DNA of 64,000 nt, from contig JBHGNT010000010.1 in the NCBI GenBank assembly GCA_043228905.1, forward strand, positions 4,588,001 to 4,652,000, written 5' to 3'. Both the position numbers and the translations under genes were made by a program. Below are positions 23,601 to 34,836 of the stretch, piece after piece. Within the stretch, counting starts at the first letter, position 1, and every line of letters starts with the position of its first letter. Origin of the DNA: Azolla caroliniana (Eukaryota; Plantae; Polypodiophyta). Below the pieces are notes generated by a model, which was given only the letters and a program-made list of their open reading frames with translations, had not been told where the DNA came from and did not search any database.

Positions 23601-24156
23601 CTTAGCAAATAAGCCTCCTAAGGCCTAGTGGCACTTGAGTTCATACAGAGGGGTGCAAGCAAGGTTTGAACCTTGCACCTCTAAGATACAAGATAATTGC
23701 CTTACCACTAGGACAACTATCATATAGTGTAGATTTTATGTATTTCCTTTTCATATACAAATTATAGACGAAACAACCATAGAAAACCATGGTTTTAAAC
23801 CCATGGTTTGTGCATGACATAAGCAAAACCGTGTGCACAAAACCATGGTTTTAGCCCATGGTTTTGTGCATGTCACAAGCATGGAAAGACCTATAAAAGC
23901 CTCTAGTTGGGCTTGTGTAAAGGGGGCTCAATATGTGATATCACCAACACCATTATCATCAATATAATATTTGTCTTTATCTTCTTCATATTTTTCTACT
24001 TCTCAAGTGTACAATTTTTCTTATTCTCAAGTAAACCATTTTCATTTAATCTTACATTGATCGTCATCTAGCGTCGATAATTCCGCGATCATCCTCCCTA
24101 GTCCAAGACCCCGGTGGTCGCTCGAGTAGCACACGCACGCGCGAATCTTCGCGACA
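20647..24156 (+). mobile_element. Young gag-only non-autonomous LTR element (element C, TR-GAG-like), 3510 bp
   Basis: LTRs at 20647-21292 and 23525-24156 are nearly identical. tRNA-Trp PBS at 21298-21314, G-rich PPT before 23525, 4-bp TSD ACGG on both sides. No pol. Confidence 0.93.
21337..23448 (+). CDS. Intact Gag-like protein of element C (703 aa) with an acidic, repetitive C-terminal extension
   Basis: The N-terminus aligns by eye with element B Gag (FNGAEVQSFLKVYNAEM vs FSGKDATSYLASYRAEM; VLMFVKSID vs VLLFVKSVD). Three internal repeats of about FTxVPETSAV...RETGETE. Confidence 0.8.
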   Translation: MDVEYLMEAMSKRMMEFLIEGKRRNEAQQAVDKVVEQMSYFNGAEVQSFLKVYNAEMDSRGVDKAMRLEYFCRVVSQPIFKDVKELLEAHDSWATFEKALLEEYDYERLKGQDRLNFDQWVTSAKTHQGATQAFVDFEHHFSQLSEREQRLVGVDKVLMFVKSIDRMERMAIGLKLEEDDGANGLIEDWSKVESVCRLHDKGQARISTTTRRPMRDDRRGTRCNNAPPTKEMKLRRETKLRRMVIEEEETSQQMQVNEVADTKALVRYDGTEREGVKQVTFLSYEETTAKEEADDSRTANATSREDKCFGTRIVYETSGDDGASMRKACMIEGEKVFESEEIEEVAMTNDIESEVAMDESTTDSHVDTFFTLVPETSAVAPMCQRETGETEGGDGKTKAQHKEEEDRGRKDIPTPILEISTVVHVRQRETGETECVDKKEDDRKGDEEDKVNVHERRDSFTPVPETSAVETVCRHKTEDKGGGEEETIWLAASIHGGQDMADVEAKDEAAVEFNGEVACGKEGRVENRLNRKTIRPGFRPKRRKIHMGADRPGPTRPKPDSAKFDRTIPIQKGANPARINRSSPTRGNVNADEGQPSQEAIGGDRSGQGQTRPNRRSTRTIYNTQLKTVSVRSGQESNRRTHAVDEGRAVVSTTSFGRSTTTDRGTWCERRIWWIGWLRWFGWKDCAYSKWKTKSDERAEELG

Positions 24157-24402
24157 ACGGCAGCGCGAATGGAGACCAAGGTGCTGGACAACGAGTTGGT
24201 TTACGCGAGGGTCAAAAGTCAGGACGGGCGTCATTCGGTCCAATTCCTGTCGGTGCGACCGAACCACGAGCGAAATCGCGAGTCCCTCGGTGGCGAGAAC
24301 CGAGAGGATTTTTAGAGAGGGCTGCCAAGGCATGGGGCCGCGACAGTCCGGAGACTCCGGGAAAACCCCACAAATGTACGATAGAAGCGAAACCGAAGAA
24401 AC

Positions 24403-24742
24403 CTTCCTTTTTTCTAAACCCTTAGCCTCCTCTTTGTAAGTCCCTTCGTTTTCTTTTTACTCTTTCTCCACCTTTCTATTTTTATATTTCTACCCTCACC
24501 CATGTTCAACTTTTTCTTACCCTACCCCTCCCATCCTCTTCCTAAATCTATAGCGTTCACCTTTATTTTCCCACACATGTCTCTCTCCCTTACCTCTCTC
24601 CTCTTTCCTTTCTCTCTCTTACTTTTTCTAGTTTACACACACATCTCTCTCCTCTCTCTCCCCTTTTGCTCTCTCTTAATTTTTTCACGTTTTCCCACTC
24701 TCCCTCCTCCTAGATCTACTCACTCCCCTTATGTCTACTCAT

Positions 24743-24802
<60 letters not shown>

Positions 24803-25190
24803 TCCCTTCTCATCATCTCACGTAAGCCTTGTTTTCCCCTCTCTCTTAATGCCCCTTATATTTCCTCACTTTTTACATTTTATATCCTAAACTCTCCCTT
24901 TTCTTCTTATCCCTCCTTTTACAATATAACCTCATACCAAAGCCTTCCCCTTATCACATTAAAGCCCATAAAATCCTCTTCCTTCTTCTCAAAATCTTTC
25001 CCCCCCTTTCAATCACATCCATAAGCACAACCCCACTCCCTATTGTCATTTCTTTAAAGCCACTCCAAAAACTCCCTATATAAACCTATCCACCCCGAAT
25101 GGTCATGGTAGCACTGATGAGCCCCGTAGGGGGCGAAACTAGTTTGCTCATGACCATTACCCATCGTATTGTAATTGTTTCCTTTTTCTT
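24403..25190 (+). mobile_element. Fragment of a hammerhead-containing non-coding element (copy 1); boundaries approximate
   Basis: About 700 bp pyrimidine-rich tract with (CT)n, then TATATAAA (25077-25084), then the hammerhead. Same layout as the 33983-36482 element. Confidence 0.7.
25098..25158 (+). ncRNA. Minimal type I hammerhead ribozyme
   Basis: AATGGTCATG-GT-AGCA CTGATGA GCCCC-GTAG-GGGGC GAAA CTAG TT TGCT-CATGACCATT. Complete catalytic core, stems I and II pair, stem III is palindromic, and cleavage is predicted after GUU (25144). Confidence 0.88.
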
Positions 25191-28100
25191 AAATCATTGG
25201 GACCCAATACATAGTGAGGGAAAGAACATTGACAATTACTTAAATGATGTGTATAGACCTGAAGGACATTAGGAATCTGACCTTTATGGTCTGCAACTTT
25301 AGCTTTGTTGTCATGCTCTTTCCGTTGGAGCTTTCGACATTGATCTTTTGTATGACCCTTCTTTTTGCAGAATACACAAAAAGGATGTTGTCGCTTACAA
25401 TCGCGATCCAGGAATTCGTTGGGTGTCTTGCGTTTCCCAACAAATTGGGACTGCTTAGTCCCGGGCGCTTCGTTGGGTTTGTTATGGTCCTTCTTCGAAG
25501 TGCGTTGATAGCGAAGAACTATTTCAACGGCCTCTTCGAAGGATTTTGGATCCTTATCGTGCACTATCCAGTGATAGTCCGAATTGGGGATGCCATTGAC
25601 AAAACAAGCTATCAACCAATTGTCCCCTTCTAGACCCGATTTTTGGATTTGGGTTCTAGCATGGTGAACATAGTCTTCTAGCGAGGAAAATCTCCTACTA
25701 GAGAGGTTCATTAAAGCTTGTGCTGCCTCGGTTCGAGAGGGAGGTTGCAGAAATTGGCCCTTAAAAACCGTGACAAAATCTGTCCAGGTATCGGGCAATT
25801 TCCCCATAGTACGGAGCCCACGCCACCAGGCGCCGCCTTACCCCCGAGTTCTTGGCCGACATATGCAATATTCGTACAATCTGGCGTGGGATAGAGCTCA
25901 AAATGAGACTCCCATCGTCCCAGCCATGTGCAGATTGCTTCTTTGGTCCTTTCCTTTTTGTCTCCCATAAATGGCTTAACGACAAATGATGGTTCACCTT
26001 GTCGCTCATCAGGTCTATTAGTCTCACGTTGTAGACTAATGACACGTGCCTCAAGAGCACTCTGAGATTGCCGAAGTTCGGTCATCTGTTGAGCGGTGAA
26101 ACTAAGGTATTGGGTTATTTGTGCCAAATACATCTCAATGGACATTTGTCCAGGAGGATTCCCTTGAGTTCCTTCCGCTTGAGCGGATGACATGGGGTCA
26201 TTAATTTGAGCCATTAAAGATTATTTCTGGAAAAGAAATAGGACAAGGTCAGAGATATAGTCATAACATCATGTCGTGATGTAAACATATCATGGGCGAG
26301 CATTAATCGATATCATTATCTCACGTCAATACCCCTCTAGACGTATGAGATGAGGTTCAAGATCAGGTTACTATGGTAACACAAAGGTGTTTTAAAAACC
26401 ATGGGGGTGACAAATAAATGTCTTTCCCCGATCTCTATATCAATTTTTTCATGGTGGCTCCCCGAGGCTCAACCATGTATGTTCGCGTCATGAATTGTTT
26501 ATACACGAAAAAAATGTTAATAATAAACTATGTTTCGGTGCCCACATATGTGGTTTCGGCTCTTTAAGTCCTATTACGAGGACCCCGAGGTGCACTTAGA
26601 CCTTAAGTCTAAACATGTGTTATAGTCATATGTATCAAGGATGTTGTATGGTCTTGGTCATGTTTGAACTCGAGACCTCGAGAACAAATACATTAAACAC
26701 TTGAGCCAACCAAGTAAGTTGCTCTTCTCGAATGCTTAATGTTTGATGCATATAAAAGATATGCGAGGCAATTGATCATATATGTTTTTTTTTTTGAAAG
26801 AACATATATGTCAAGGGTCCTTATTTCGCCCTCATTTACCAAAACTATGTTGGTACATTACCTAACCTCAAGTCTCGTAATTACGATGGCATACGCCAAA
26901 GTGCAACCTAATGGTCAAGCCAAATGAGCCCTTGTTTCGTAGTAGGCTCACGTGGGCCATCACATGGTCACGTCATTATGAATGCCTCTCGTAAGAACGA
27001 GCTCATGGTGGCATCGTATCCATGTAACGAGGGAGGGATGTTGGATACGTGCGTCATTGGAGCGAACTCACTTGAAGTGGGTCAAGCCCTACGTACTCAA
27101 CATCATTTTGGCTATTGGCGTTTCTTTACGTAACGAAATCGAGGTCGTCAACGGGGTTATCAACAATAAAAAAATGTTGAAAAAGGGATGGTGACAACGC
27201 CATTCTCACAAAAATGTGAGGACGGCCACCAACATCCTTTTCCCGACAAGGACAACTTTCGATATAATCACGTAATAACGAATATACACATATGTTTACT
27301 TATCACATATATACGATCAAATACGTATATATGTGACCACATATGCCTATATTAAACATATCGTTATATTAAATAGCTACAAATGATGTGATCGAGATAC
27401 GTAATCGAGGTATATACCTCTACGCACACGAAACATCCACAAATAAGAGATCATCGTAGTACGCAATTGAGGTATTGACCTCTTACGCATACGAGACCAA
27501 CCGCATATCGTTTACAACAAATCAAAAACTCATACGCAAATGTAACATATGTTCGTGAACGTAATACGTAATTGAGGTATTAACCTCGTACGCATACGAC
27601 ACTCATCACATATTATTAATATGTCAAACGAGGTATTGACCTCGTGCACATATGTAAACGTTTTAGATGATCAATTAAAGACCACTACAACATCATTGAC
27701 TTAATGAAAAAAATTACATATAAACTAAACACATGATTAGATGGGAGAAGAGAGAATAGAAAGAAAAATTATGGAAAGAGTTACCGAAGTTCTTTGTTGA
27801 TCGTTGTCTGGATCAAGGCCGACCGCACATTGATCAATCAACATCAATCAAAAGACAAATGAAAAACAAAGAAACATTAGTACGTAAATCTGATACCAAA
27901 TATTATAGATCTAAGTACTAAAGTAAGCTTAAGATAAGGATAAAGTAATAATAGATAGAAAGGAGAAAGGGAAAGAAGGGTGCCGATCCACCCGACCACC
28001 CCCGAGCGAAGGGATCGAGACGGACTCGAGCCTCGATCGGCGTCCCATACCACCGCTGTGGCGTCGAGTCATACCTAGTGCTGGCGCGCTCGCTACAAGA

Positions 28101-28355
28101 GTTGACCCACCACACGAGCAGAGTCTCGATGTAGTCAAAAGATGATCAAATGAGGGTAGTTAGGCCTCTTATTTATAGCGATACCCAAGGCCCCCAGGCA
28201 AGTTCACACTTGACCTAATGGGTTGTCTCAATCCCGAGGATTAAAAGTAATCCTCCCCTTCTTTACACTCTCGTTTAACCCTCACACTTATCCACGTGTA
28301 TAGAATACTACGGTAAATTCTTACCACGGGATATTATATGGTCATGCCCGTAACA
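25190..28355 (-). mobile_element. Truncated Ty3/Gypsy-type element (element D): 5' LTR, long leader and gag
   Basis: LTR about 27901-28355 (TGTTACGGG... on minus). PBS TGGTATCAGA (27889-27898, tRNA-iMet). Frameshifted gag from 26214 to about 25190 with knuckle CVFCKKKGHTKDQC. Pol and 3' LTR are absent. Confidence 0.8.
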
Positions 28356-29857
28356 ATTATGTACAGTTGTCGGTGTTTCATTATTTTGTACATGTACCGG
28401 AGCCATTGGTTCTTGTTCCTGGGGTCCTGTTATGACCATCTTAGCCAATTCTTCCTTGGCTATTTCCAATTCTTGTTCAAGGCTCTGGATCCTTGACCGG
28501 GCCTTCTCTAGTTCTCTGGTTGTGGCTAGCAACCGGTCCAATTGTGCTCTCTCTTCTACCTCCATATAATGGACCACTCCAGCTACTTGCTCACCGATCC
28601 ACTGCAGCCATTGGCTGCCGGTGCCTTGTTGTTGTGTCCGCGTGGAGGGTTGGTCGATTTCTGCACTTGCCAGTGGCTGATCTTGTATGGTTACGTCGAT
28701 TGGCAACTCTACCTCCGGTTGGTTACCACTTGGCAGTTTCGGCTCTAGTTGTGCCTCAGTTGGCCGTTCCGGCTCTGGTTGGTCATGGTGTGCCGGTGAT
28801 GTAGACAACTAAATCACTGGCTCCTGACTCACGAGTCTTGTTATGTCCTGACCTGCCGGCGTAGCCTGCTGCACAGGGAATTCTATGACCGGTTCAGATT
28901 CCACCCTTGGCTTCGGGCCCTCAGTGCAGGGTATCGGCGTCCTATCCTTCTCTAGACCCGATTGCTCCCCGGCATGGTCTACAGTGTGCTTCTTCTGGCG
29001 CCACTGGAGGTGCTCGCTGGGCTCCTCCACCGTTTCCTCCTTCTGAGTCCCACGATTGATTTTCATTGCCAAGGGATCTGGCTCCTGTTGACCTGGTCGG
29101 CGCAATGTAATCTTTATTGGTCGTGCCGATGTTTCCTCCTGTGTCTCTGCCTGGTTAGGCCGCTCTTTTGCCGTTTTCTCAGTGTCGGCCTCCTTCCCTT
29201 TGTTTGCCTTAGCAGCCAATAGTTGCTGCCGTTTTGAAGCCGTTTTGGGGGTTCCTTCGGTTGATCTCCCCCGCTTCTTCGCCGTGATGGGCGCCACTTG
29301 TGGTGCTAACGGTGTGAGCCATTGCGTCATCGCCATCCATATCCTTCCCTCTTACCGAGTCGATGGCCGCGTGCAGTCCGTCGGCGATCAACATCGACCA
29401 GTCCACCTGTATACCCTCATATGTGGCTATAATTAAACCGGCTCTATTTCTAAGCATGGCCGGGGGTCGAGGGTACACATGGCTAAACTCGTGGAGTACA
29501 CGAGCAATCTCTCAAAATAAGCCATCCTTGCCGCCCAGCGTGCGATATGCCTTGCTGGCCAGAGAGTACTCACCGAAGTATTTCGTGAGTTGCTCCGGGG
29601 TAGGGTTGTCGATGGTGAAGATGCCGCCTTCGGGTAATTACTTCTGTGTCGATGTCTTTGACAACCTTTTCCGCTTCTCTGTATGGTGGTGCCTCCATGA
29701 TCCTCAAGAATCCATCCAATCTGTGTTGCTTCAACCTATTCTTGGCTGCCTTAGAGACTGCCATGCAGTCCATTTCTTCTTCTGAATCGGTGGGTGCTGG
29801 TGAGGTAGGTGCGTTAGTGGGCTCTAGGTGCTCGCGTCTGATTATCCTTAATCGCAT
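28356..29857 (-). pseudogene. Fragmented additional 3' ORF of element O, downstream of integrase
   Basis: Consecutive minus-strand ORF pieces (29857-29570, 29478-29209, 29336-28809, 28808-28308) include a coiled-coil-like segment, in the position where Tat/Athila-type elements carry extra ORFs. Confidence 0.55.
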
Positions 29858-30299
29858 GTGTGCGTTTGCAATTCTCTATTCGCGAAATGAGAAGGCCTCC
29901 ATGTGGTGGAGGTTTTCTTTCTGCATGTTGGCGCCTTTCTCGATTCTTGCGCATGCGAACGTCGTGTACTATAATAGCAATGAAGTGCCACGTGGCGGCA
30001 TTTTAATGCGCTATAAATAGCCCACTACGTTGCTTTTCAAAGTGCATGTTCACTCCTCCCTTTTCATTGCATGTGGTCGTTCGTTCCTCGCCATTGCATG
30101 ATTTGGGTTTGATTGGATCTAATTTGATTTTCTTTTTCTTCGTTTTTTTTAATTTTTAAATTCTATCTTGTTAATCTGTATCCGGCCCAAACGGACCCTT
30201 CTCCGGATTGTGGTCCCTTTCATTGGTTCCGTACTTGCCGATTGCTTGACCGGTTATCGTCTTATCGTGCTTACCGGTGTCAGCCTTTGTCTATTCAAA

Positions 30300-33200
30300 C
30301 GGGTTTCTTGGCATGAGTCCATAATATGGTTTGAGTCGAAACCCATTGACCCATTTACCCATAACTTCTCCGGCGAGAGTGCCTAGCTGGTAGGAACCGT
30401 TGAACTCTCGTGTAATCCAATATGGTCCGGTCCACCGAAACTGTAGCTTCCCCAACATCTTACCCATTCGGGTCTAGAATACTAGTACCAGCTTGCTGAT
30501 CTCGAACATTTTTTCATTACCTTTCCGGCGTCGATTGACGAATGCTTTCCTTCTCCGTTGCTCCAGTTCCATGTGCATCATGTTGGCTATCTGGTGTTCC
30601 TCTAGTTCGCATAGTGCTGCTAGCCGGATTGTTTCCGACTCCTTCTAGTTTAGGCGTTCCCGAACCTGTAACCGCAAACTGGGAACCTAGAATTCGATCG
30701 GCATTACCACTTCCAATCCGAATGCTAATCGAAAAGGCGTTGTCCGGATACTTGCCTTATATGTTGTCCGGTAGGCCCAGAGTGCACTGTGCAGCTTTGT
30801 ATCCCAATCCGTCTGGTTCTCATTAACGATTTTCCGCAGGATGTTTTGTAGCATCTTATTTGTGGATTCAACTAATTCGTTCGCTTGCGGATAATACAGA
30901 GTGCTTCACTTGTGCACCACCGCATAGGATGTCGTCAAGCTCTCCACCACTTGTCCTAGGAAATGCCCACCTTGGTCGCTAATTATCTCGATCAGACATC
31001 CATACCGGCACCAGATATATTCCTATAAATTTTTTGTCATGGATTCCGTAGTGTTGTCACATAGTGCTTTGGCCTCCACCCACTTGGTGCAGTAGTCCGT
31101 AGCGACGATCACGTATCAGGTGCGGTACAATGTGTCCTACAATAGGCAGAAGTGCCGGCTTTGTACTGCTAATCGTTTCCGCTCGTCTTTGTTCATCTCC
31201 TCTAGAGGTAATCCGGTGCTCAGGAATTGGTGCATGTTAGTGAGCCACTTGTCCTCCTCGGCGACCGTACCATCTGTTGTCGTTTCTACTGTGACCCTAA
31301 ACAACTTTGCATCCGGAAACTCGTCGGGAACTCCGTCACCGGTTTCACCAGAGTCTAACCGGCTCAAATAATCCGCAACAAATGTTGTAGGCCTGGCCGG
31401 TGAAATATCTCGAACTTAAATTCCTGTAATAATAACGTCCACCGGGCCAACTTACCCATGAGTGATGCTTTTGAGACCAAGTAAAGTAGCGTTGAATGGT
31501 CTACATGAAAGGAAAATTTCCTCCCCAATAGATAGTGTCGAAACTTGGTGACGTTGTAGATCATGCCCAAGGCTTCTCTTTCCGTCGTTGAGTAATTACG
31601 TTCTGCTTGGGACAGCTTCCAACTGGCATAATACACGGGCCGGTACCACTTCGGTTCGGTAAGCTGCATTAATGCGCTCCCAATTGTTGTGTCAGACGTG
31701 TTTACGAATACGTGGAATTCTTTAGACCAATCCGGAGGTTGCACCACCGGTGCTTGTGATAGTAGTACTTTTAATTCCCGGTAAGCCTTCTCTTTCTGTG
31801 TCCATCCATTGAAACGGTGTCCGGTGCACCGCAACATGCAATGGTGTGGCCAAGTCTGCCAGATACCGGAGCATCCGGCTATGCCACCGGATTTGTCCTA
31901 GGAACTGACTCAACGTTTTCGTTGTGGTGGATGTCGGTGCCTCCAAAATTGCTTTGACCTTGTCCGGGTCTACTGCAATATCGTCCTTGCTAACAATGTG
32001 GCCTAGTAGTGCACCGCTTGACACTCCGAACATGCATTTTGTTAGGTTAAGGCTTAACCGGTAAACCCTACATTTCTCAAGACATAGTCGGAGGTGTTGG
32101 AGGTGTTCCCCTTCCTGGTTGTACACAACAAAATCGTCTAGGAACACCTGCATGAATCTTGGAATAAATTCTCCGAAAATCTCCATGATTATCCGCTCAA
32201 AGGTTACCAGCGCCGTTTTTAAGTCCGAACATCATGACTGCGGCAACAAATACTCCCCATTCGGTAACAAAAGCGGTTTTCTCCTGGTCATTGGGGTGTA
32301 TCCGGATCTGATTGTAGTTGTTGAATCTGTCTAGGAAACTATAAACTTCGTGATCGGCTACCGCATCCAGGACTCCATCCGTAAAAGGGAGTGGGAAGGC
32401 GTCGGTTACCGTTGCTGCATTCAACTTCCGGTAGTCGACACATACCCTAATTTTTCCGTTCTTTTTCGGTACGACGACTATCAGACTCAGCCATGTCGCC
32501 TTCTTGACCAGTCGGATGAACCCTACCCCTACCAAATTGTCAATTTCGTCCTTTACTTTTGTTGCATAGTTAGGGTTCATCTGGTAGCATCGTTGCGCCA
32601 CCGGCTTGGCGTCCTTACTCAGATGTATCTGGTGTTGATACAACTGAGGATCTAGCCCCCGCGTGTCCTCGTAAGACCACGCGAATACGTCCCAAAAGTC
32701 CTTTAATAAGGTGATCATTGTCATCTTCCTTTCTGGAGTCATTTCTTTGGCGATGTGAACCGGTCTTGCATCTTCTGCGGTGCCTAGGTTTACCTCTTCC
32801 AGTTGAGAGGCTTTTACGCATTGAGATACTATCAATTCCTTCTCTAAAGCCTCCTGCGCTTGCCGTAACTCTATGATGGCTTCTTTATCCAGTTCTTCAT
32901 CGGCATCCTCTGGTTGCATTATATATGGTGCCACTGCTTCAGCGACATCAACTTCAAATAAAGGTACGATTTTCGGATTCTCTTGTAAGTATTGATCGAC
33001 CTCTTCATCAACCAATCCTTCAAGCATGTTGACACATTTCGCATACAGCGGTGTCAGCTCCTTGCCGGTACTCGAACGTGGTTGTGTAGGTACTCGTACT
33101 TTCGCTTTGCCGTGCTAGAAAGTAATTATGTTTTTTCCGCCAATTTTGCTTGATGTGCGTTGTTTTTAGGCATGGGCGGCCCAACAACAGTGGGTATGCC

Positions 33201-33982
33201 CCTTGTGCATTGAGCTGGAGGACTACTGTCGAAATGCGGAATGCGTGACTTCCGATAGTCACTTCCAAACCTCGTATCAATCCGGTAGGTCTTACTGAAC
33301 TTGTGTCCGCCATCCGGAGCCAAAACGGGCACGATTCCCAGTCCTGGATTCCCAAGGTATTACAAGTTCGAAGGCTAATCACGTTCACGCCGGATCCTCC
33401 GTCTATAATCGTTCCGGGTAGCTCTCGTCCCTTGACGATGGTTGTGATAGCCGGACTGCTCGTGTCCACTACCGTTGGTCCTTCCTCCGGATTAGAAAAG
33501 AACGCTGAAGTCGGTGGCGTGTCGACCACAGTCATTCCTGTCTTCAATCCTTCCGTAAACCGAGGTACTAACTGCAATAGCCGACCTAATGGCAGCGTGA
33601 TTTGGCATTCTTGCAACGCCTGCCATGTTGGGTTTTCCGCCTGGCCATTGCCGGTGGGCTCCTCTAGATTCTCCTTTTGTTGTTCCAGTTCTGCCACATT
33701 CCACTCTTTTGCCTTCTTTACCCATTTGGTGGCCTGCTTCCGGATGGCTTCTTGGGTTTCCCACTCCATTGCTTTTCCTTTTGACCTAGTGGTCACTTGT
33801 TGTATGTCCGCGACTTCCGCTACCACCATGTTTACCATTGGTCGCTTATTGTAGCTTTTCGCCGGACATTGGTTACTGTAGTGTCCCTCTTGTCGACAAT
33901 AGTAGTAGTAAGCCTTCTGGGTGTTTTTGGATTTTGCTTTTGCTCCAGCACCCGGTTGAGATCCTGTTGTAAGTGCTTGGCC
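30300..33982 (-). pseudogene. Element O gag C-terminus, PR, RT, RNase H and integrase (frameshifted)
   Basis: Knuckle YCRQEGHYSNQC; PR IIDGGSGVNVI; RT IRVCVDYRKLN, KTAFVTEWG and VFLDDF; RNase H ERNYSTTEREALG and KLARWTLLLQEF; integrase remnants at 30300-31120. Confidence 0.92.
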
Positions 33983-34346
33983 TTGTAAGTTTATGGACCT
34001 TACGGTCGGAACAAGGAGTGCGGAATGGTCGATAATCGGCGGGTAGAGGTAGGCGAAGAGGAACACCACGCTCGATTTGAGCGCACCTGAATCGAAGACG
34101 AGGTAGAAGAAAGGAGAGGGAGCCGGCATGATTAGGAATAACAAAAAGGAAGAGGGGTGGGGGTTTAAAACACTAAGATTAGAAACATAAACACTAAAAC
34201 AAAAAACATAACCCGAAAACTAACAAACATGAAAAATCTAAATCTAGAAACATGATCGTAAAAATAAAGTAAAGGGTGGGGTAATTAGAAAGAAATTAAA
34301 ATTAAAAGATAGGCTTAAAGGGAGGGGGATTAACATACTAATTAAA

Positions 34347-34397
<51 letters not shown>

Positions 34398-34484
34398 TTA
34401 AAACATAAATAAACCTAAGATTAAAACTAAAGAGAGAGAGCTAGAGCGAGAGATTAAAACATAAATAAACCTAAGATTAAAACT

Positions 34485-34532
<48 letters not shown>

Positions 34533-34775
34533 AGACATAAATAAACCTAAGATTAAAACTAAAATACGAGACGAAAAACATAATTAAAATTTAAAAACAA
34601 GGGTTACGGGGAGGGAAGAGGATTACCATACTAATAGAAATGAAATAGAGAGGTGCTATTACGAACTAGAGAAACATAATTAAGACACGATTAGAAGAGA
34701 GAGAGCGAGGGAGAAAAGCATAATTAAAAACATGTAATTAACATTACAAATGAAAAATTACATGGGGTTTGAGGT

Positions 34776-34836
34776 ATGGTCTTATGGCAAACTAGTTTCG
34801 CCCATCACGGGCTCATCAGTGCCAACATAAGACCAT
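34776..34836 (-). ncRNA. Minimal type I hammerhead ribozyme
   Basis: The minus strand reads ATGGTCTTAT-GTT-GGCA CTGATGA GCCC-GTGAT-GGGC GAAA CTAG TT TGCC-ATAAGACCAT. The core is identical to copy 1 and the stems show compensatory changes. Confidence 0.88.

Larger units (their letters stand above)
18010..24400 (+). mobile_element. Truncated Ty3/Gypsy-type element (element B) with 5' LTR, gag and protease, interrupted by element C
   Basis: LTR at 18010-18661 (TGTCG...CGACA). PBS TGGTGAACCCGACGTGA (18666-18682) is complementary to the plant tRNA-Trp 3' end. Gag fragments carry the knuckle CMWCDEVGHIRKDC. Protease motif ALVDHGSEINLMS. The reading frame resumes after 24160. Confidence 0.85.

Noticed and set aside
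24300-24320. Possible gag-pol frameshift site GGATTTTTAG at the end of the element B gag-PR frame
   Set aside because: The downstream pol is deleted, so it cannot be supported.
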